NCBI GenBank assembly: GCA_030691545.1
Contig: JAUYEE010000330.1
Span: 459-64,458 of the forward strand
Source: a bacterium
Lineage (GTDB): Bacteria; Auribacterota; JABMQX01
DNA: 64,000 bases
Direction of reading: 5' to 3'
In this document: piece by piece, positions 1-10,124 of the stretch
Numbering within the stretch: position 1 is the stretch's first letter
Layout of the letters: each line of letters opens with the position of its first letter
Made by a program: the position numbers and the translations under genes
Notes under the pieces: model-generated
The model's input: only the letters and a program-made list of their open reading frames with translations
What the model was told of the DNA's origin: nothing
The model's database searches: none

Positions 1-1
1 C

Positions 2-889
2 ATTTCCGGAAAACCCTGCGGCGCCCGTGAGCTTCTCGTCTCCAGCACTTCTAACAGCCTCTCCGTGAACGGGAAAACCTATCCGGGCAACTTGCGGATT
101 CTCGCACGGAACAGCGGGCTTCTTGTGGTCAACCTGGTGAACCTCGGCACGTATCTGAAAGCCGTTGTTCCCTCTGAGATGCTCCCCACCTGGCCGGAAG
201 AAGCGCTGAAGGCTCAAGCGGTTGTGTCTCGCTCGTTCGTCCTTCACCACGCGTTCCGAAACGACGCGGAAGACTACGACATCACCGCCGACAAGCAGGT
301 GTACAATCCCGAGAAGCGAGACCCCAGAACGGACAGGGCGGTGGATTCCACCGACAATATCGTCTTGTTCTACAGGGGCGAGCTTCTGCTGCCGTTTTTC
401 TCGACGTGCTGCGGCGGTTTCACTGAATACGCCGCGAACGTCTGGGATACGAAGGATGTTTTCCCGTCGCCGGTCAAGTGCCCCTTCTGCCGGGATGCGC
501 CGGACTACCGATGGCAGGCGAGGATGTCCTTGGATGAATTTCAGGAGAAGCTCCGGTCCGCAGGCGTCGCCTCGGCTCGCTCCGTCGCCGTTCACAGCCG
601 CAGCACCTCCGGCGAGAGAATCACTGCGCTGCGTATCGAGTCGGACACGGGGCAGAGCATCATCAAGATCAACCGGTTTCGATTGCTGATGGGGCCGAAC
701 GTGATTCGCAGCGGCTTGTTCGATATTCAGGTGGACGGCGGTTACATCACGTTTCGCGGGCGCGGCTGGGGGCATGGGGTCGGCATGTGCCAGCGAGGCG
801 CCAAGGTTCTCGCCGAGAGAGGCAAGTCGTTCAAGGGAATCCTGGACCACTATTTCCCCGGCGCGAGAACAAAAAAACTTTCTGGGTAA
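2..889 (+). CDS. SpoIID/LytB-domain protein, 5'-partial (reading frame is open to the window edge)
   Basis: Frame is open from nt 2 with no stop. Contains the hallmark SpoIID motif GHGVGMCQRGA and a VVPSEM...WPEEALKAQAVVSRSF segment. Confidence 0.65.
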   Translation: MSGKPCGARELLVSSTSNSLSVNGKTYPGNLRILARNSGLLVVNLVNLGTYLKAVVPSEMLPTWPEEALKAQAVVSRSFVLHHAFRNDAEDYDITADKQVYNPEKRDPRTDRAVDSTDNIVLFYRGELLLPFFSTCCGGFTEYAANVWDTKDVFPSPVKCPFCRDAPDYRWQARMSLDEFQEKLRSAGVASARSVAVHSRSTSGERITALRIESDTGQSIIKINRFRLLMGPNVIRSGLFDIQVDGGYITFRGRGWGHGVGMCQRGAKVLAERGKSFKGILDHYFPGARTKKLSG

Positions 890-1408
890 AATTCCACATG
901 GAAGAGGAAGTGAGGCAGCAGGGGCGACAATGAGGGCATCGGTCGGGATGACCTAATCTCCTGAAATATGGCGGATTACCGAAAGAGCATGGTGGTGAAT
1001 ATGGCGCAGGCTGCGGCGCGGTACAGATTTTGCAGCTTGCACAACATCTCCTGCCGCCGTGCGTTAGAAAAAAAGGTCTTGAAAACGACGGGAAGCGTGC
1101 TATTATGTTAGATGGCTGTTAGAGATGTGTTCGTGCAGCATGTGCCAGTTCGGTCACATCGCCGCTAAGTTGGTTGCTGCACGCTGCCGGGCGCACTTAT
1201 TTCAGTTTTCCTTTTTGTGCTGCGGCTCGTGGGAAATCCGGCGGGTTGCCCGCGGGCTGAGGGAAGGATAGGCACCGCTGGGATGTTGAGCCGCGGGGGT
1301 GCCTTTAGCTTCTCAGGGCTTCGTGCCGCCGGAGGATAACCCCTGAGGGCTGGAATTGCAGGAGATTCGGCGGCCGATAGTACATAAGAAACAGAGGGGC
1401 GTTGTGAG

Positions 1409-2059
1409 ATGAAGTTGGCACAAAGCGACAGAAAAGGTTTTACGCTGATTGAGCTGCTGGTGGTCATCGGCATCATCGGCGTGCTGGCGGCGATTATTCT
1501 GCCAGCGATGCAGTCGGCAAGGGAAAAGGCTCGCACGGCGACGTGCCTGAACAACCTCCACCAGATTGGGCTTGCCCTCCAGCAGTACACGAACGACTTC
1601 AGCGGTCTTTTGCCGCACGAGGACGACAAGGACCCCCCGAATAGCTGCTGGTATTACCTGATAGACCCCTACCTCGAAACGCGGGGGCTTGAGGACGCAG
1701 AAATCAACGAGGTCAAACTGTGTCCGGGCGTCGCCAAAGGTAAGGTCACTCGCCCGGAGTCGTATAAGATGAACAGTATGCTCGAGACATCGGAGGAGCC
1801 GTTCCGGAACATTGCGACGCTCCTTCAGCCCTCTGCGACCGTGTGCATCTTTGATGCAGAGACGCAGGGCCCGCTCGTGAAGTTCAAGGGCAAGTGGGAG
1901 AATTTTGCGAAGAGGCACCAGAACGGAGGCAACGCTCTCTTCCTCGACTGGCATGTCAGATGGTACTCGCAACAACATGTCAAATCCGACGCGAAGAGCA
2001 ACACGCCGAGCATCGTCTGGGTTCCCCCCGATAGAGAACTGGACAGCCGAGGCAGATAA
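1409..2059 (+). CDS. Prepilin-type N-terminal cleavage/methylation domain protein (DUF1559-like pseudopilin)
   Basis: N-terminus [25 protein letters not shown] is a class III signal/pseudopilin. C-terminus has an H-X9-D(G)-like segment ([13 protein letters not shown]) typical of planctomycete DUF1559 proteins. Confidence 0.8.
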   Translation: MKLAQSDRKGFTLIELLVVIGIIGVLAAIILPAMQSAREKARTATCLNNLHQIGLALQQYTNDFSGLLPHEDDKDPPNSCWYYLIDPYLETRGLEDAEINEVKLCPGVAKGKVTRPESYKMNSMLETSEEPFRNIATLLQPSATVCIFDAETQGPLVKFKGKWENFAKRHQNGGNALFLDWHVRWYSQQHVKSDAKSNTPSIVWVPPDRELDSRGR

Positions 2060-2293
2060 CACAACGAAGTGGCACGGGCTTCCAGCCCGTGAAACATGGG
2101 CAAGATGCCCATGCCACCTCAGAACAGACTCGTTGGCTTTGAACACGAATCGCGCGTGACAGGTTAGGGGTCGGGGGTCAGATGAGAGGTCGGTCATAGG
2201 CCCACCGTGAGCTCCGAAAACGGTGGGTTACCAATATGGGGTCCCAGGCCAACAGGATTGTCCCTGGGGCACGAGAGGCACAGGAAGGAACCT

Positions 2294-3088
2294 ATGTCCA
2301 CGACGTTTAGCAGGAGCGAGAGGAAATACCTTCCAGGGAACCAACGGTATCATCTCACGCTGAACACGGTGAAGAAGTTCGTGCCGGTGTACATGTTCGA
2401 GAAGAACAAGCCGGTCACCAATGTCCGGACCATATATTTCGACAACGACAATTTTGACACGTACTACGACTGGCTGAACAGGGAGCCCATTCGGTACAAG
2501 GTTCGCTACAGGGAGTATGGCTACGACGGGAAGTTTTCCGACGACCTGTGGATGGAACTGAAAATCAAGAACCACGCGATTTCCCAGAAGAAGCGGTTCA
2601 AGCTCAAGCGGCAGCACTTAGAGAAGTTTACCGCTGGTGAGGATGTTCTGAAAGAGGTGCTCCGAGAGAACAAGAAGAACCGTGACATCGTGGACGCATA
2701 CACGCGAATCCAGTCCCATATTGTCAGCCACCGCCTCCGCCCCATCCTTGCGATGGAGTACAGCCGCGTCTCCTTCCAGCCGTGCGAAGACAGCGACGTG
2801 AGGATTACGGTGGACAAAGACATCGTGATGCGAAACCTCTTGAACGGTGAAGTCGTTAAGGACGGATGCATTGTGCTCGAGACGAAAGTCTCCGGCCCCC
2901 GGGCGCCTCTTTGGCTGAATGACATGATGGAAGAACTCGGCACCACCCAGGACGTTCGCTTCTCGAAGTTCGCTTCGGGGGTGCAACGACTCTTTTTCCG
3001 CCAGCAGGTGTGCGGCCTCACGGAACTCGGCGAGCCGTCAACCTCGGAGCAGATGTCACCCGCTGCCGCGAAGGCGGGGGGTAAATAG
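2294..3088 (+). CDS. VTC-domain (CYTH-like polyphosphate-polymerase-type) protein
   Basis: ERKYLP...RTIYFDNDNFDTYYDWL...RYKVRYREYG...LWMELKIKNH pattern matches the VTC domain. An AGGAAGGA RBS precedes the ATG at 2294; the ORF-track start at 2207 is probably an N-terminal over-extension. Confidence 0.5.
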   Translation: MSTTFSRSERKYLPGNQRYHLTLNTVKKFVPVYMFEKNKPVTNVRTIYFDNDNFDTYYDWLNREPIRYKVRYREYGYDGKFSDDLWMELKIKNHAISQKKRFKLKRQHLEKFTAGEDVLKEVLRENKKNRDIVDAYTRIQSHIVSHRLRPILAMEYSRVSFQPCEDSDVRITVDKDIVMRNLLNGEVVKDGCIVLETKVSGPRAPLWLNDMMEELGTTQDVRFSKFASGVQRLFFRQQVCGLTELGEPSTSEQMSPAAAKAGGK

Positions 3089-3127
3089 CTCTACTGGCTC
3101 GCCTTCCTCTGCGACCACGGAGTAGCG

Positions 3128-3865
3128 GTGCCAAAACAGGCAGTGTTTTTCATCTTGGTCGGTTACGCAATCTCTCTTACCCTCGCCTGTGGGTTCGTTC
3201 TTCTTCCGTCTAGTTCCGCGCAAACCTACACTGAAACTCCCACCGGGGTCGAGCACGCGGGCCTTTCCCCATCCGACGAGGACCAAGCCCGCGATGCAAC
3301 GCGCCTTTTCCAGGAGATGCTCAATCGGCTCAATTCCTCGCAAACACCGTCGGAGCCTCCACAGGAGGAGGTCCTTCCGCAAAATGCGCTTGCGAGATTC
3401 GAGGCCTACCTCCGGGAGAATCGGAGCGAGTGGTACGTCGTCCTGACGCAACTCGCCCTGGCGGCGGCCTTAGGGCTGATCCTGGCGCTCGTGTACCGCG
3501 TCTCCTACACCGGGAAAAAGAAGAAATACAGTCGCTCCATGATGCAGAGCCAGGTGCTCCTTGCCATCGGCGGGGCGTTCATCTGGGTTCTCGTGGCCAA
3601 CTTCCTTGTTCGGGCGTTCGGCCTGGCGGGAATGGTCGGCCTCATCCGGTACAGGACGCCCGTTCGCGACCCTAAGGACAACGTGATGGTTTTCCTGTCC
3701 ATGGGGGTTGGCATGGCCTGCGGCCTCGTCCAGGTCACAGCAGCGCTAGTGGCGACGGGCTTCCTTTCCCTCGTCCTCATGGCCATGCACGAATTCGGTT
3801 TCGGGAAGAAGAAAAAGGCAGCGGAATCAAAATCTTCGTCCGAGGAACCGGACGCCGAGGACTGA
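3128..3865 (+). CDS. Polytopic membrane protein, DUF4956-like (frequent VTC partner)
   Basis: Several hydrophobic helices and K/E-rich termini. Adjacency to a VTC-domain gene is the usual pairing for DUF4956. Confidence 0.4.
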   Translation: MPKQAVFFILVGYAISLTLACGFVLLPSSSAQTYTETPTGVEHAGLSPSDEDQARDATRLFQEMLNRLNSSQTPSEPPQEEVLPQNALARFEAYLRENRSEWYVVLTQLALAAALGLILALVYRVSYTGKKKKYSRSMMQSQVLLAIGGAFIWVLVANFLVRAFGLAGMVGLIRYRTPVRDPKDNVMVFLSMGVGMACGLVQVTAALVATGFLSLVLMAMHEFGFGKKKKAAESKSSSEEPDAED

Positions 3866-3968
3866 CCGGCGCTCGTCTTGCCATCTGCCGCGCATTGACT
3901 TGTCCCTTCCATTCTGCTATACGGTGACGCGACAATCGGTCGTTACCCAGTCGCCACTGGGGGGTGAA

Positions 3969-6647
3969 ATGGCGCCGTTTTCTCAAAGACTACTTTTCTT
4001 GAGTGCCTTCGTCTCTTCATTCATCGGACGGAGCTTACCTGGGCATGGACTTTCAGCCAACCCCGCTCGAGTGCCGGATGGCCCAGCGAACGAGGACCGA
4101 TTCGTATTCGTGGTGGAGTCCGATTGTGGGCGCGGCGGCGCTTATAACCTCGCCCTGAATCCTGATGCGTCCCGCCTGTATGTCGTCGGCGAATCCTCCT
4201 GGCTCGACATTCTCGACATCACAGACCCGTCCGCGATCCGCTCCGTCAATCAATCGCATGTGGACGGGCTGCCGTACGGTTCGGATGGCGAGTTCGGCAT
4301 TGCTTACGACCCCTTCTTCCAGAGGCTCGTCGCAGGAGGAGGCGCCGGGAGGAAGGTGCACCTGTTCGATGTCAGGGGCGACCAGTTGCGAGTCCTCGAC
4401 GCGGCTTATCCGCCGGAGCGACAGTTTCCGGCGGCGAATTTCCCTCCACTGATCGCGTCGCCTCCGATATTCGTGAAGGGAGGAAATGCCGTTGCCGTCG
4501 CGATGCTGACAGGCGGTTCAGCGGACGACCCGTCATCCGGGCAAAAGGTTTACTTCGGCGAGGGAATCACGCTTCTCTCCAGTGACCCGTTCACAGGAAA
4601 GATGTCCGTGGTTGATGAGGGAATCGGCGGCCTCTCGGCAGTCTATGGCCACGCTTACGACGCGAGGCGGGACATGTTGTGGTGCGGGGGAGGCGACGGC
4701 GCCGAGGCGGTGCTCGACTTCTCTAGCAGCGCCCTCTCCGAATGCCGCTGTTGGGCCGGCCCCCTCGACGAGGAAGGACCCCGCATTTCCCCCGATGTGC
4801 TCACTCGCGACGGGAGATGGCTTATCGAGCGAATCACGTCGCGCTTCCCGGCGAACGACTGGTCACTGCGCATCCGGCAGATCGAAGCCGCGAACGGCGA
4901 GTACTCGCTCTGGAACGCCGACATGCCAACGGACGGCGCCTCCCCTCGCCTTCTCGGCTCAGCCCCGGCTAACTGGAACAGCCACGCCGCTCCTTCGAGG
5001 CCCCTGTTGCCCTGTGTCCTCACCCACGACGAAACACGCCTCCTGACCGCGGAATCCGGGGGAAACGAGCTTCTCATCCTCGATATCACCGATAAAACCG
5101 CCTCTCCGCAATTCCTCTTTTCCGCAAACGTTGGAGACGGAGAGGAAATCCAATCCATCAAGGGTCACCGCAACCGGTTCTACGTTTCCCTCAAATCCGG
5201 CAGGATTCGCGTTTACCAATGGGGGTATGTCCAAAAACCCGATCCGCCGTCGGGTCTTTCCGCCGTCGCGTCCCCCACTGACCAGAGCATATTCCTCTCC
5301 TGGACGGCGCCATTGACGGGTGTTCCGCCGGTAGGCTACAACGTCTATCGCCGCACAGCCGAGATCTCCTTCAAGAAAGTCGCCTCCGTATCCGAAACCC
5401 AATGGACGGACGCGGCGACTGCGGAAGGCGAAACGTATTTCTATGCAGTACGCTCCTGCGCCCCGCAATACGGCCCCGTCGAAAGCGACGATTCCCCGGA
5501 AGTTCAGGCCACCACTGCCAGTGGCATTCCTCCGGTGAAGGTCCTCGGCCTCGCTGCCGCGCCGACTCTCGCGGGAATCATCCTGACCTGGCAACGCAAT
5601 CCGGAAGACGACGTCACGGGCTATCTCGTCTATCGCCGGACAGAAGGTGCCCTATTCGAGAAAATTACCCCCTCGCCCGTCGCCGAGGCGCGCTTCCTCG
5701 ATTTGGACCTGCTCGGCGGTGCGGACTACTCCTACTACGTCACGGCCGCGGATAGTCTATCCGAAGGACTGCCATCGGATGCGGTCACTGCCACGCCTGC
5801 CGACCGGACCGACAACCTCCTCCTCAACCCGGGAGCCGAGGAGCAGTGCACGCGAGGATGGGTCAATGCCAGCTCGATTCCTGCCCCCGACCCCGCGAAC
5901 CGTTATTCCTTTCACAACGACCTCTTCATCGGCGTCACGGACGCCTGTAGCGCCGAAGGGCAATGGGCTTTCTGGGCCGACCAGACGAAGGGAAGATATG
6001 ACCGCGAGACGGACACCTTCGTGGCCGAGACCTACCTCCTTGCCGCGTACCAGGATGTGGACGTAACCCCGTTTTCCAGTTTGATTGAGTCATCCGAAAG
6101 GAACATCGTCGCTGACTGGGGAGGACAAGTTATCCGAACCCCATCTGAACAATCCGCCATCCCCTGCATCGCCATCGAGTTCCTCAACACGCAGCAGACC
6201 GTCCTCGCAAGGCAGGAGCTTTCTTCCGAGAAAATGGGCGAATGGGATAACCTCTCATCCAGCGACCCCGTCCCCGCAGGCACAGTGAGCCTTCGCTTTT
6301 GGATGTTTGCCCAGGAAGTGAAAACCGCCCCCGCCAACGCCGCCTGGGACTCCCTGTCTCTGACTCTCCGCGAGGAACCGCCCCCTCAGCCGCCCGAGGT
6401 CACATTGCTTGCACAGCCGACAGGCATCCTCGTCGTCCTTTCCGTCACAAGTCCTTCGGCAAGCTATCAGATCGAATACACGGACAACCTCCCCGCCGGG
6501 GCGAACGACTGGAAACCCTGCGGCCCGGTCCTCATCGGCAACGGCAGCACCATTCAATGGCTCGACTCCCCTGACGAACCCGCCAATCCGACCAATCCAC
6601 CCGCTCACTCCGTCGAGCGCCGCTTCTACCGCGTCCGCCAGCAGTAA
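3969..6647 (+). CDS. Large secreted protein with beta-propeller-like repeats, fibronectin-III-like repeats and a C-terminal ...RFYRV domain
   Basis: Signal peptide MAPFSQRLLFLSAFVSSFIG. LVIVD-like repeats (LYVVGESSWLDILDITDP). Repeated PxSGLSAVAS...LSWTAP FN3-like units. Ends ERRFYRVRQQ. Confidence 0.5.
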   Translation: MAPFSQRLLFLSAFVSSFIGRSLPGHGLSANPARVPDGPANEDRFVFVVESDCGRGGAYNLALNPDASRLYVVGESSWLDILDITDPSAIRSVNQSHVDGLPYGSDGEFGIAYDPFFQRLVAGGGAGRKVHLFDVRGDQLRVLDAAYPPERQFPAANFPPLIASPPIFVKGGNAVAVAMLTGGSADDPSSGQKVYFGEGITLLSSDPFTGKMSVVDEGIGGLSAVYGHAYDARRDMLWCGGGDGAEAVLDFSSSALSECRCWAGPLDEEGPRISPDVLTRDGRWLIERITSRFPANDWSLRIRQIEAANGEYSLWNADMPTDGASPRLLGSAPANWNSHAAPSRPLLPCVLTHDETRLLTAESGGNELLILDITDKTASPQFLFSANVGDGEEIQSIKGHRNRFYVSLKSGRIRVYQWGYVQKPDPPSGLSAVASPTDQSIFLSWTAPLTGVPPVGYNVYRRTAEISFKKVASVSETQWTDAATAEGETYFYAVRSCAPQYGPVESDDSPEVQATTASGIPPVKVLGLAAAPTLAGIILTWQRNPEDDVTGYLVYRRTEGALFEKITPSPVAEARFLDLDLLGGADYSYYVTAADSLSEGLPSDAVTATPADRTDNLLLNPGAEEQCTRGWVNASSIPAPDPANRYSFHNDLFIGVTDACSAEGQWAFWADQTKGRYDRETDTFVAETYLLAAYQDVDVTPFSSLIESSERNIVADWGGQVIRTPSEQSAIPCIAIEFLNTQQTVLARQELSSEKMGEWDNLSSSDPVPAGTVSLRFWMFAQEVKTAPANAAWDSLSLTLREEPPPQPPEVTLLAQPTGILVVLSVTSPSASYQIEYTDNLPAGANDWKPCGPVLIGNGSTIQWLDSPDEPANPTNPPAHSVERRFYRVRQQ

Positions 6648-6874
6648 GGCTGCGCCGCCCGAGGCACTTTTGGACACTCATCTGAAATGGGCTTCCACCC
6701 TGTTTTGCACCCGGTGGTGCGCATGCCGAAGCCGACTTGAATTGGGCAAAACGCACTGCCGTCCGGGCGGAGACAAGGTCCTCGATCGCCGAAAGGGCGA
6801 AATAGCCTGACGCGAGCCTGGAACGAAGGCGGTCGTTTGTGCCGCCAAAATGCAGCCACACCCGTTCAGGGGGC

Positions 6875-6903
6875 TTGACGCGCCTGCAAGAGAGGGCTAT
6901 ATT
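6875..6903 (+). promoter_or_regulatory. Sigma70-like promoter driving the FMN riboswitch (-35 TTGACG, 17 nt spacer, -10 TATATT)
   Basis: TTGACG at 6875-6880, 17-nt spacer, TATATT at 6898-6903. The riboswitch P1 helix starts about 7 nt downstream. Confidence 0.45.
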
Positions 6904-6907
6904 AGTA

Positions 6908-7033
6908 GCAGATCTTCGGGGCTGGGTGAAATTCCCGGCCGGCGGTCAAGCCCGCGAGTCCTGCCGAGAGGCGGGACTGATCCGGTGAGATTCCGGAGCC
7001 GACAGTGAAAGTCTGGATGGAAGAAGATCTACA
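6908..7033 (+). ncRNA. FMN riboswitch (RFN element) aptamer
   Basis: Conserved RFN blocks are present: CTTCGGGGCTGGGTGAAATTCCCGGCCGGCGGT, AGCCCGCGAG, GATCCGGTGAGATTCCGGAGCCGACAGTGAAAGTCTGGATGGAAGAAG. P1 pairs AGATCTTC (6910-6917) with GAAGATCT (7023-7030). It lies directly upstream of ribBA and ribH. Confidence 0.85.
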
Positions 7034-7053
7034 AAAATGAGTTTGCCATTGTG

Positions 7054-7090
7054 AAAGCCCCGAAGGTCACCCTTTTGGGGCTTTTGGTTT
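7054..7090 (+). terminator. Intrinsic terminator of the riboswitch expression platform
   Basis: AAAGCCCC...GGGGCTTT stem followed by TGGTTT. Position between aptamer and ribBA implies transcription-attenuation control. Confidence 0.6.
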
Positions 7091-7169
7091 AGCACACGGA
7101 TTCACAAGTACTACCACGTACGGGAAACCGAGCGCCTGTTTTTGACAGGATCAACAGGATGGACAGGAT

Positions 7170-8375
7170 TTGAAGACAAAGACGGAAGTACTTAGTGTTG
7201 AGGAAGTTGTCGAGGATTTTAAGGCTGGGAAGATCGTGATCGTCGTGGATGATGAGGATCGCGAGAATGAGGGCGATTTCATCATGGCGGCGGAGAAGGT
7301 GACTCCCCAGGCCATCAATTTCATGGCGAAGCACGGCAGAGGGCTGATCTGTCTTCCGACGACGAAAGAGCGATTGGAGGAGTTGGATTTGCCGTTGATG
7401 GTGGATCGCGTAACGGCTCTCCACGGGACGGCGTTCACGGTGACAATTGACGCGAAGGAAGGGACCACAACGGGGATTTCGGCAGCCGATCGCGCCAAAA
7501 CGATCAAGCGGTTTACGGAGCCGGACGCGAAGCCGGAGGATTTCGCTCGGCCGGGGCACGTGAACCCGATCCGGGCGATGGAGGGGGGCGTGCTGCGTCG
7601 GTCGGGGCACACGGAGGCGGCTGTGGATTTGGCGAAACTGGCGGGGCTATTTCCGGCGGGAGTCTTGTGCGAGATCATGGACGAGGATGGAACGATGGCT
7701 CGGATGCCGGCGCTGATGAAGCTCGCGGAGGAGCACGGTCTAAGAATCGTGACGACAGCGGCTTTGATTGATTATCGGCGAAAGAGAGAGAAGCTGGTCA
7801 GGAAAGTCACCGAGGCGGATTTGCCGACGGCGTACGGTCGCTTCCGGCTGCACCTGTATGAGAGCCTACTGGATGGCGACGAGTACCTGGCGCTCGTCAT
7901 GGGGGAGATTTCGGGCGAGGAGAGCATCTTAGTCAGGCCGCATTGTCAGTGCTTGACGGGAGATGTGTTCCGCTCGGAGAGGTGCGATTGCGGGCCGCAG
8001 CTCGAGAAAGCAATGAAGATGATTGCGGGCGAGGGGAAGGGAGTAATTCTCTACATTCCGCATGAGGGGAGAGGGATCGGCTTGGTGAACAAAATCAGGG
8101 CGTACACGTTGCAGGATAAAGGGTTGGACACGGTCGAGGCGAATCTCGAGTTGGGATTCAAGCCGGATATGCGAGAGTACGGCGTGGGCGCCCAGGTGCT
8201 GTACGACTTAGGGTTGAGAAAGATTCGGCTGTTGACGAACAATCCGAGCAAGTATGTGGGGCTACAAGGATATGGTTTGGAGATTGTGGAGCGAGTGCCG
8301 ATTACGGTTCGCCCAACGAAGTACAATGAGAGATACTTGCAGGTGAAAAAAGAGAAGATGGGGCACGTGCTCTGA
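7170..8375 (+). CDS. ribBA: Bifunctional 3,4-dihydroxy-2-butanone-4-phosphate synthase / GTP cyclohydrolase II
   Basis: RibB N-half ([22 protein letters not shown]...) and RibA C-half ([21 protein letters not shown]...[18 protein letters not shown]). TTG start at 7170. Confidence 0.95.
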   Translation: MKTKTEVLSVEEVVEDFKAGKIVIVVDDEDRENEGDFIMAAEKVTPQAINFMAKHGRGLICLPTTKERLEELDLPLMVDRVTALHGTAFTVTIDAKEGTTTGISAADRAKTIKRFTEPDAKPEDFARPGHVNPIRAMEGGVLRRSGHTEAAVDLAKLAGLFPAGVLCEIMDEDGTMARMPALMKLAEEHGLRIVTTAALIDYRRKREKLVRKVTEADLPTAYGRFRLHLYESLLDGDEYLALVMGEISGEESILVRPHCQCLTGDVFRSERCDCGPQLEKAMKMIAGEGKGVILYIPHEGRGIGLVNKIRAYTLQDKGLDTVEANLELGFKPDMREYGVGAQVLYDLGLRKIRLLTNNPSKYVGLQGYGLEIVERVPITVRPTKYNERYLQVKKEKMGHVL

Positions 8376-8439
8376 AGCCAGGGAAGATTTGTTAGACAGG
8401 ATAACAGGATTAGCAGGATGGTTTCTTAGGAGGGATGTT

Positions 8440-8910
8440 ATGAGTAAGACGTACGAAGGGAAGCTGGTTGCGGATGGAAAGAAGTTTGGGATTGTGGTGA
8501 GCCGGTTCAATGATTTCATCTCGAAGGAGTTGTTGGCCGGAGCGATGGATGCGCTGATGCGGCATGGCGCAAAGGAAAAGGACGTGGAGACCGCCTGGGT
8601 GCCCGGATGCTTCGAGATTCCGGCGGCAGCAAAGATTATGGCGGAATCGGGGAAGTACCATGCGGTGGTCTGCCTCGGGGCAGTGATTCGCGGGGGGACG
8701 CCGCATTTCAATTACATCGCCGCCGAGGTTTCTAAGGGAGTCGCACAGGTGGGGCTGCAATCGGGGGTGCCTACGATTTTCGGCGTCATCACCACCGATA
8801 CGATCGAGCAGGCCATCGAAAGAGCTGGCACAAAAGCCGGAAACAAAGGATTCGACGCGGCCATGGCGGCAATCGAGATGGCGAATTTGTACGAGGCCCT
8901 GAAGGCATAG
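8440..8910 (+). CDS. ribH: 6,7-dimethyl-8-ribityllumazine synthase
   Basis: MSKTYEGKL...[12 protein letters not shown]...[15 protein letters not shown] is canonical RibH. AGGAGG RBS before ATG 8440; the ORF-track start at 8389 is probably over-extended. Confidence 0.9.
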   Translation: MSKTYEGKLVADGKKFGIVVSRFNDFISKELLAGAMDALMRHGAKEKDVETAWVPGCFEIPAAAKIMAESGKYHAVVCLGAVIRGGTPHFNYIAAEVSKGVAQVGLQSGVPTIFGVITTDTIEQAIERAGTKAGNKGFDAAMAAIEMANLYEALKA

Positions 8911-9215
8911 GAGGATAGTCCCTCTGGCAGGATTGTAGCCCTCCCGGTTGCTGAGTTTCTTCGTTCGGAAGGATTCTGTTAGCCGCTGCGGACGAGCAGG
9001 TTTGGAGCGATTCCGCGTCTCAAACAGACCTCCAGCGATTCTTCAGGAGGTCTCGCTCGTCGCTTTTCAAAGCCATGACTTCGTATCAGACCAAAAACTC
9101 CTTGATTCCACGGAGGTCTTGGCCTATTTTTGCAGAAGAGAGAAGGCTCACAGTGAGCCGAGGTTGAACTGAAACAAACAGGTAGTCGTAACCGAAAAAA
9201 GAAGGGGAACTGCTG

Positions 9216-9830
9216 ATGAGAAAGTGGTCAGTGTGGTTGCTTGTAACTGGGTTGTTCTCTATTGGTCTCGTCTCTTTGGGCGCCGCCGAGCGGGAGGCTG
9301 AGAAGCCAGCGACTGTGGTGGAGCCAGCGGAAGAGCCGCCGTCCGATCTCGTCGTCCCGGCGAAAGTCCTGGTTAACGCGAAGGTCGTGGATTGGCAGGA
9401 ACTTCTGAAGTTCCTACCCAAGACCCCGGAGGGCTGGAGAGCACAGAAACCCACGGGGAAAATCCAGAAGCTCGGGCCCTTCGCCGTTTCCGAGGTGAGG
9501 CAGGTGTTCCTCAAGGGAGGACAGAGGATCGAGTTCATTCTCGAGGACCTCGGAAGCAATAACCCTTATGTCTTCCGCAAGGAGGCATGGCAGCCTCTCG
9601 AAAAGAAGACCGAAGAGGCTGTCTCCAAGAAAATCATGCTGGGTGAGACGCCGGCGGAGTTGAGCATTCTCGAGAAAACACGGCAGGCTCTCGTATTCCT
9701 CGTGTTTGAGAAGAGAATTCAGTTGAACGTCAGCGGGACGGCGATGACCGAAGGGGAAGTCCTCATCGAGCTTGCCAAGCAGATTGATTTCAAGGAGTTG
9801 AAGAAGACCCTGGACGAGAAGTCCAAATAG
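9216..9830 (+). CDS. Hypothetical secreted protein
   Basis: Signal peptide MRKWSVWLLVTGLFSIGLVSLGAA. No recognisable domain. Confidence 0.4.
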   Translation: MRKWSVWLLVTGLFSIGLVSLGAAEREAEKPATVVEPAEEPPSDLVVPAKVLVNAKVVDWQELLKFLPKTPEGWRAQKPTGKIQKLGPFAVSEVRQVFLKGGQRIEFILEDLGSNNPYVFRKEAWQPLEKKTEEAVSKKIMLGETPAELSILEKTRQALVFLVFEKRIQLNVSGTAMTEGEVLIELAKQIDFKELKKTLDEKSK

Positions 9831-10124
9831 CGAGGACAAGATGACCGCAATCTCGGGCGGCGACGAAGGGCTTGATAGGGAGGTAGGTTAGACAGAGGTG
9901 TCGGGGCGACTCTGTCTCTCCTGAGATGCCGCCCGGTGCGAGCTCGACGCGAGTTGGGAAAGGTGTAGGGTCCGGAGTTTTCGTCTATCCGCGGCGGGGG
10001 GGACGCAAGGACAGACAGCTAAAGACCTCCTCAAGAATCTCAGCGAGAGGGCCAAAGGGTCCCCCAGTGTGGATGCGGATGGTGAAACAATTCGCAGCGA
10101 GAGCGTTCGAAACAAGGGCAACTT

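Noticed and set aside
222-689. Many long antisense or alternative-frame ORFs in the track (for example 222..689, 1313..2197 minus, 13108..13881 minus, 23575..24825 minus, 36246..37013 minus, 39711..40601 minus)
   Set aside because: They overlap well-supported genes on the other strand or frame. They have Arg/Ser/Pro-rich low-complexity translations typical of high-GC shadow ORFs, and they lack RBSs.
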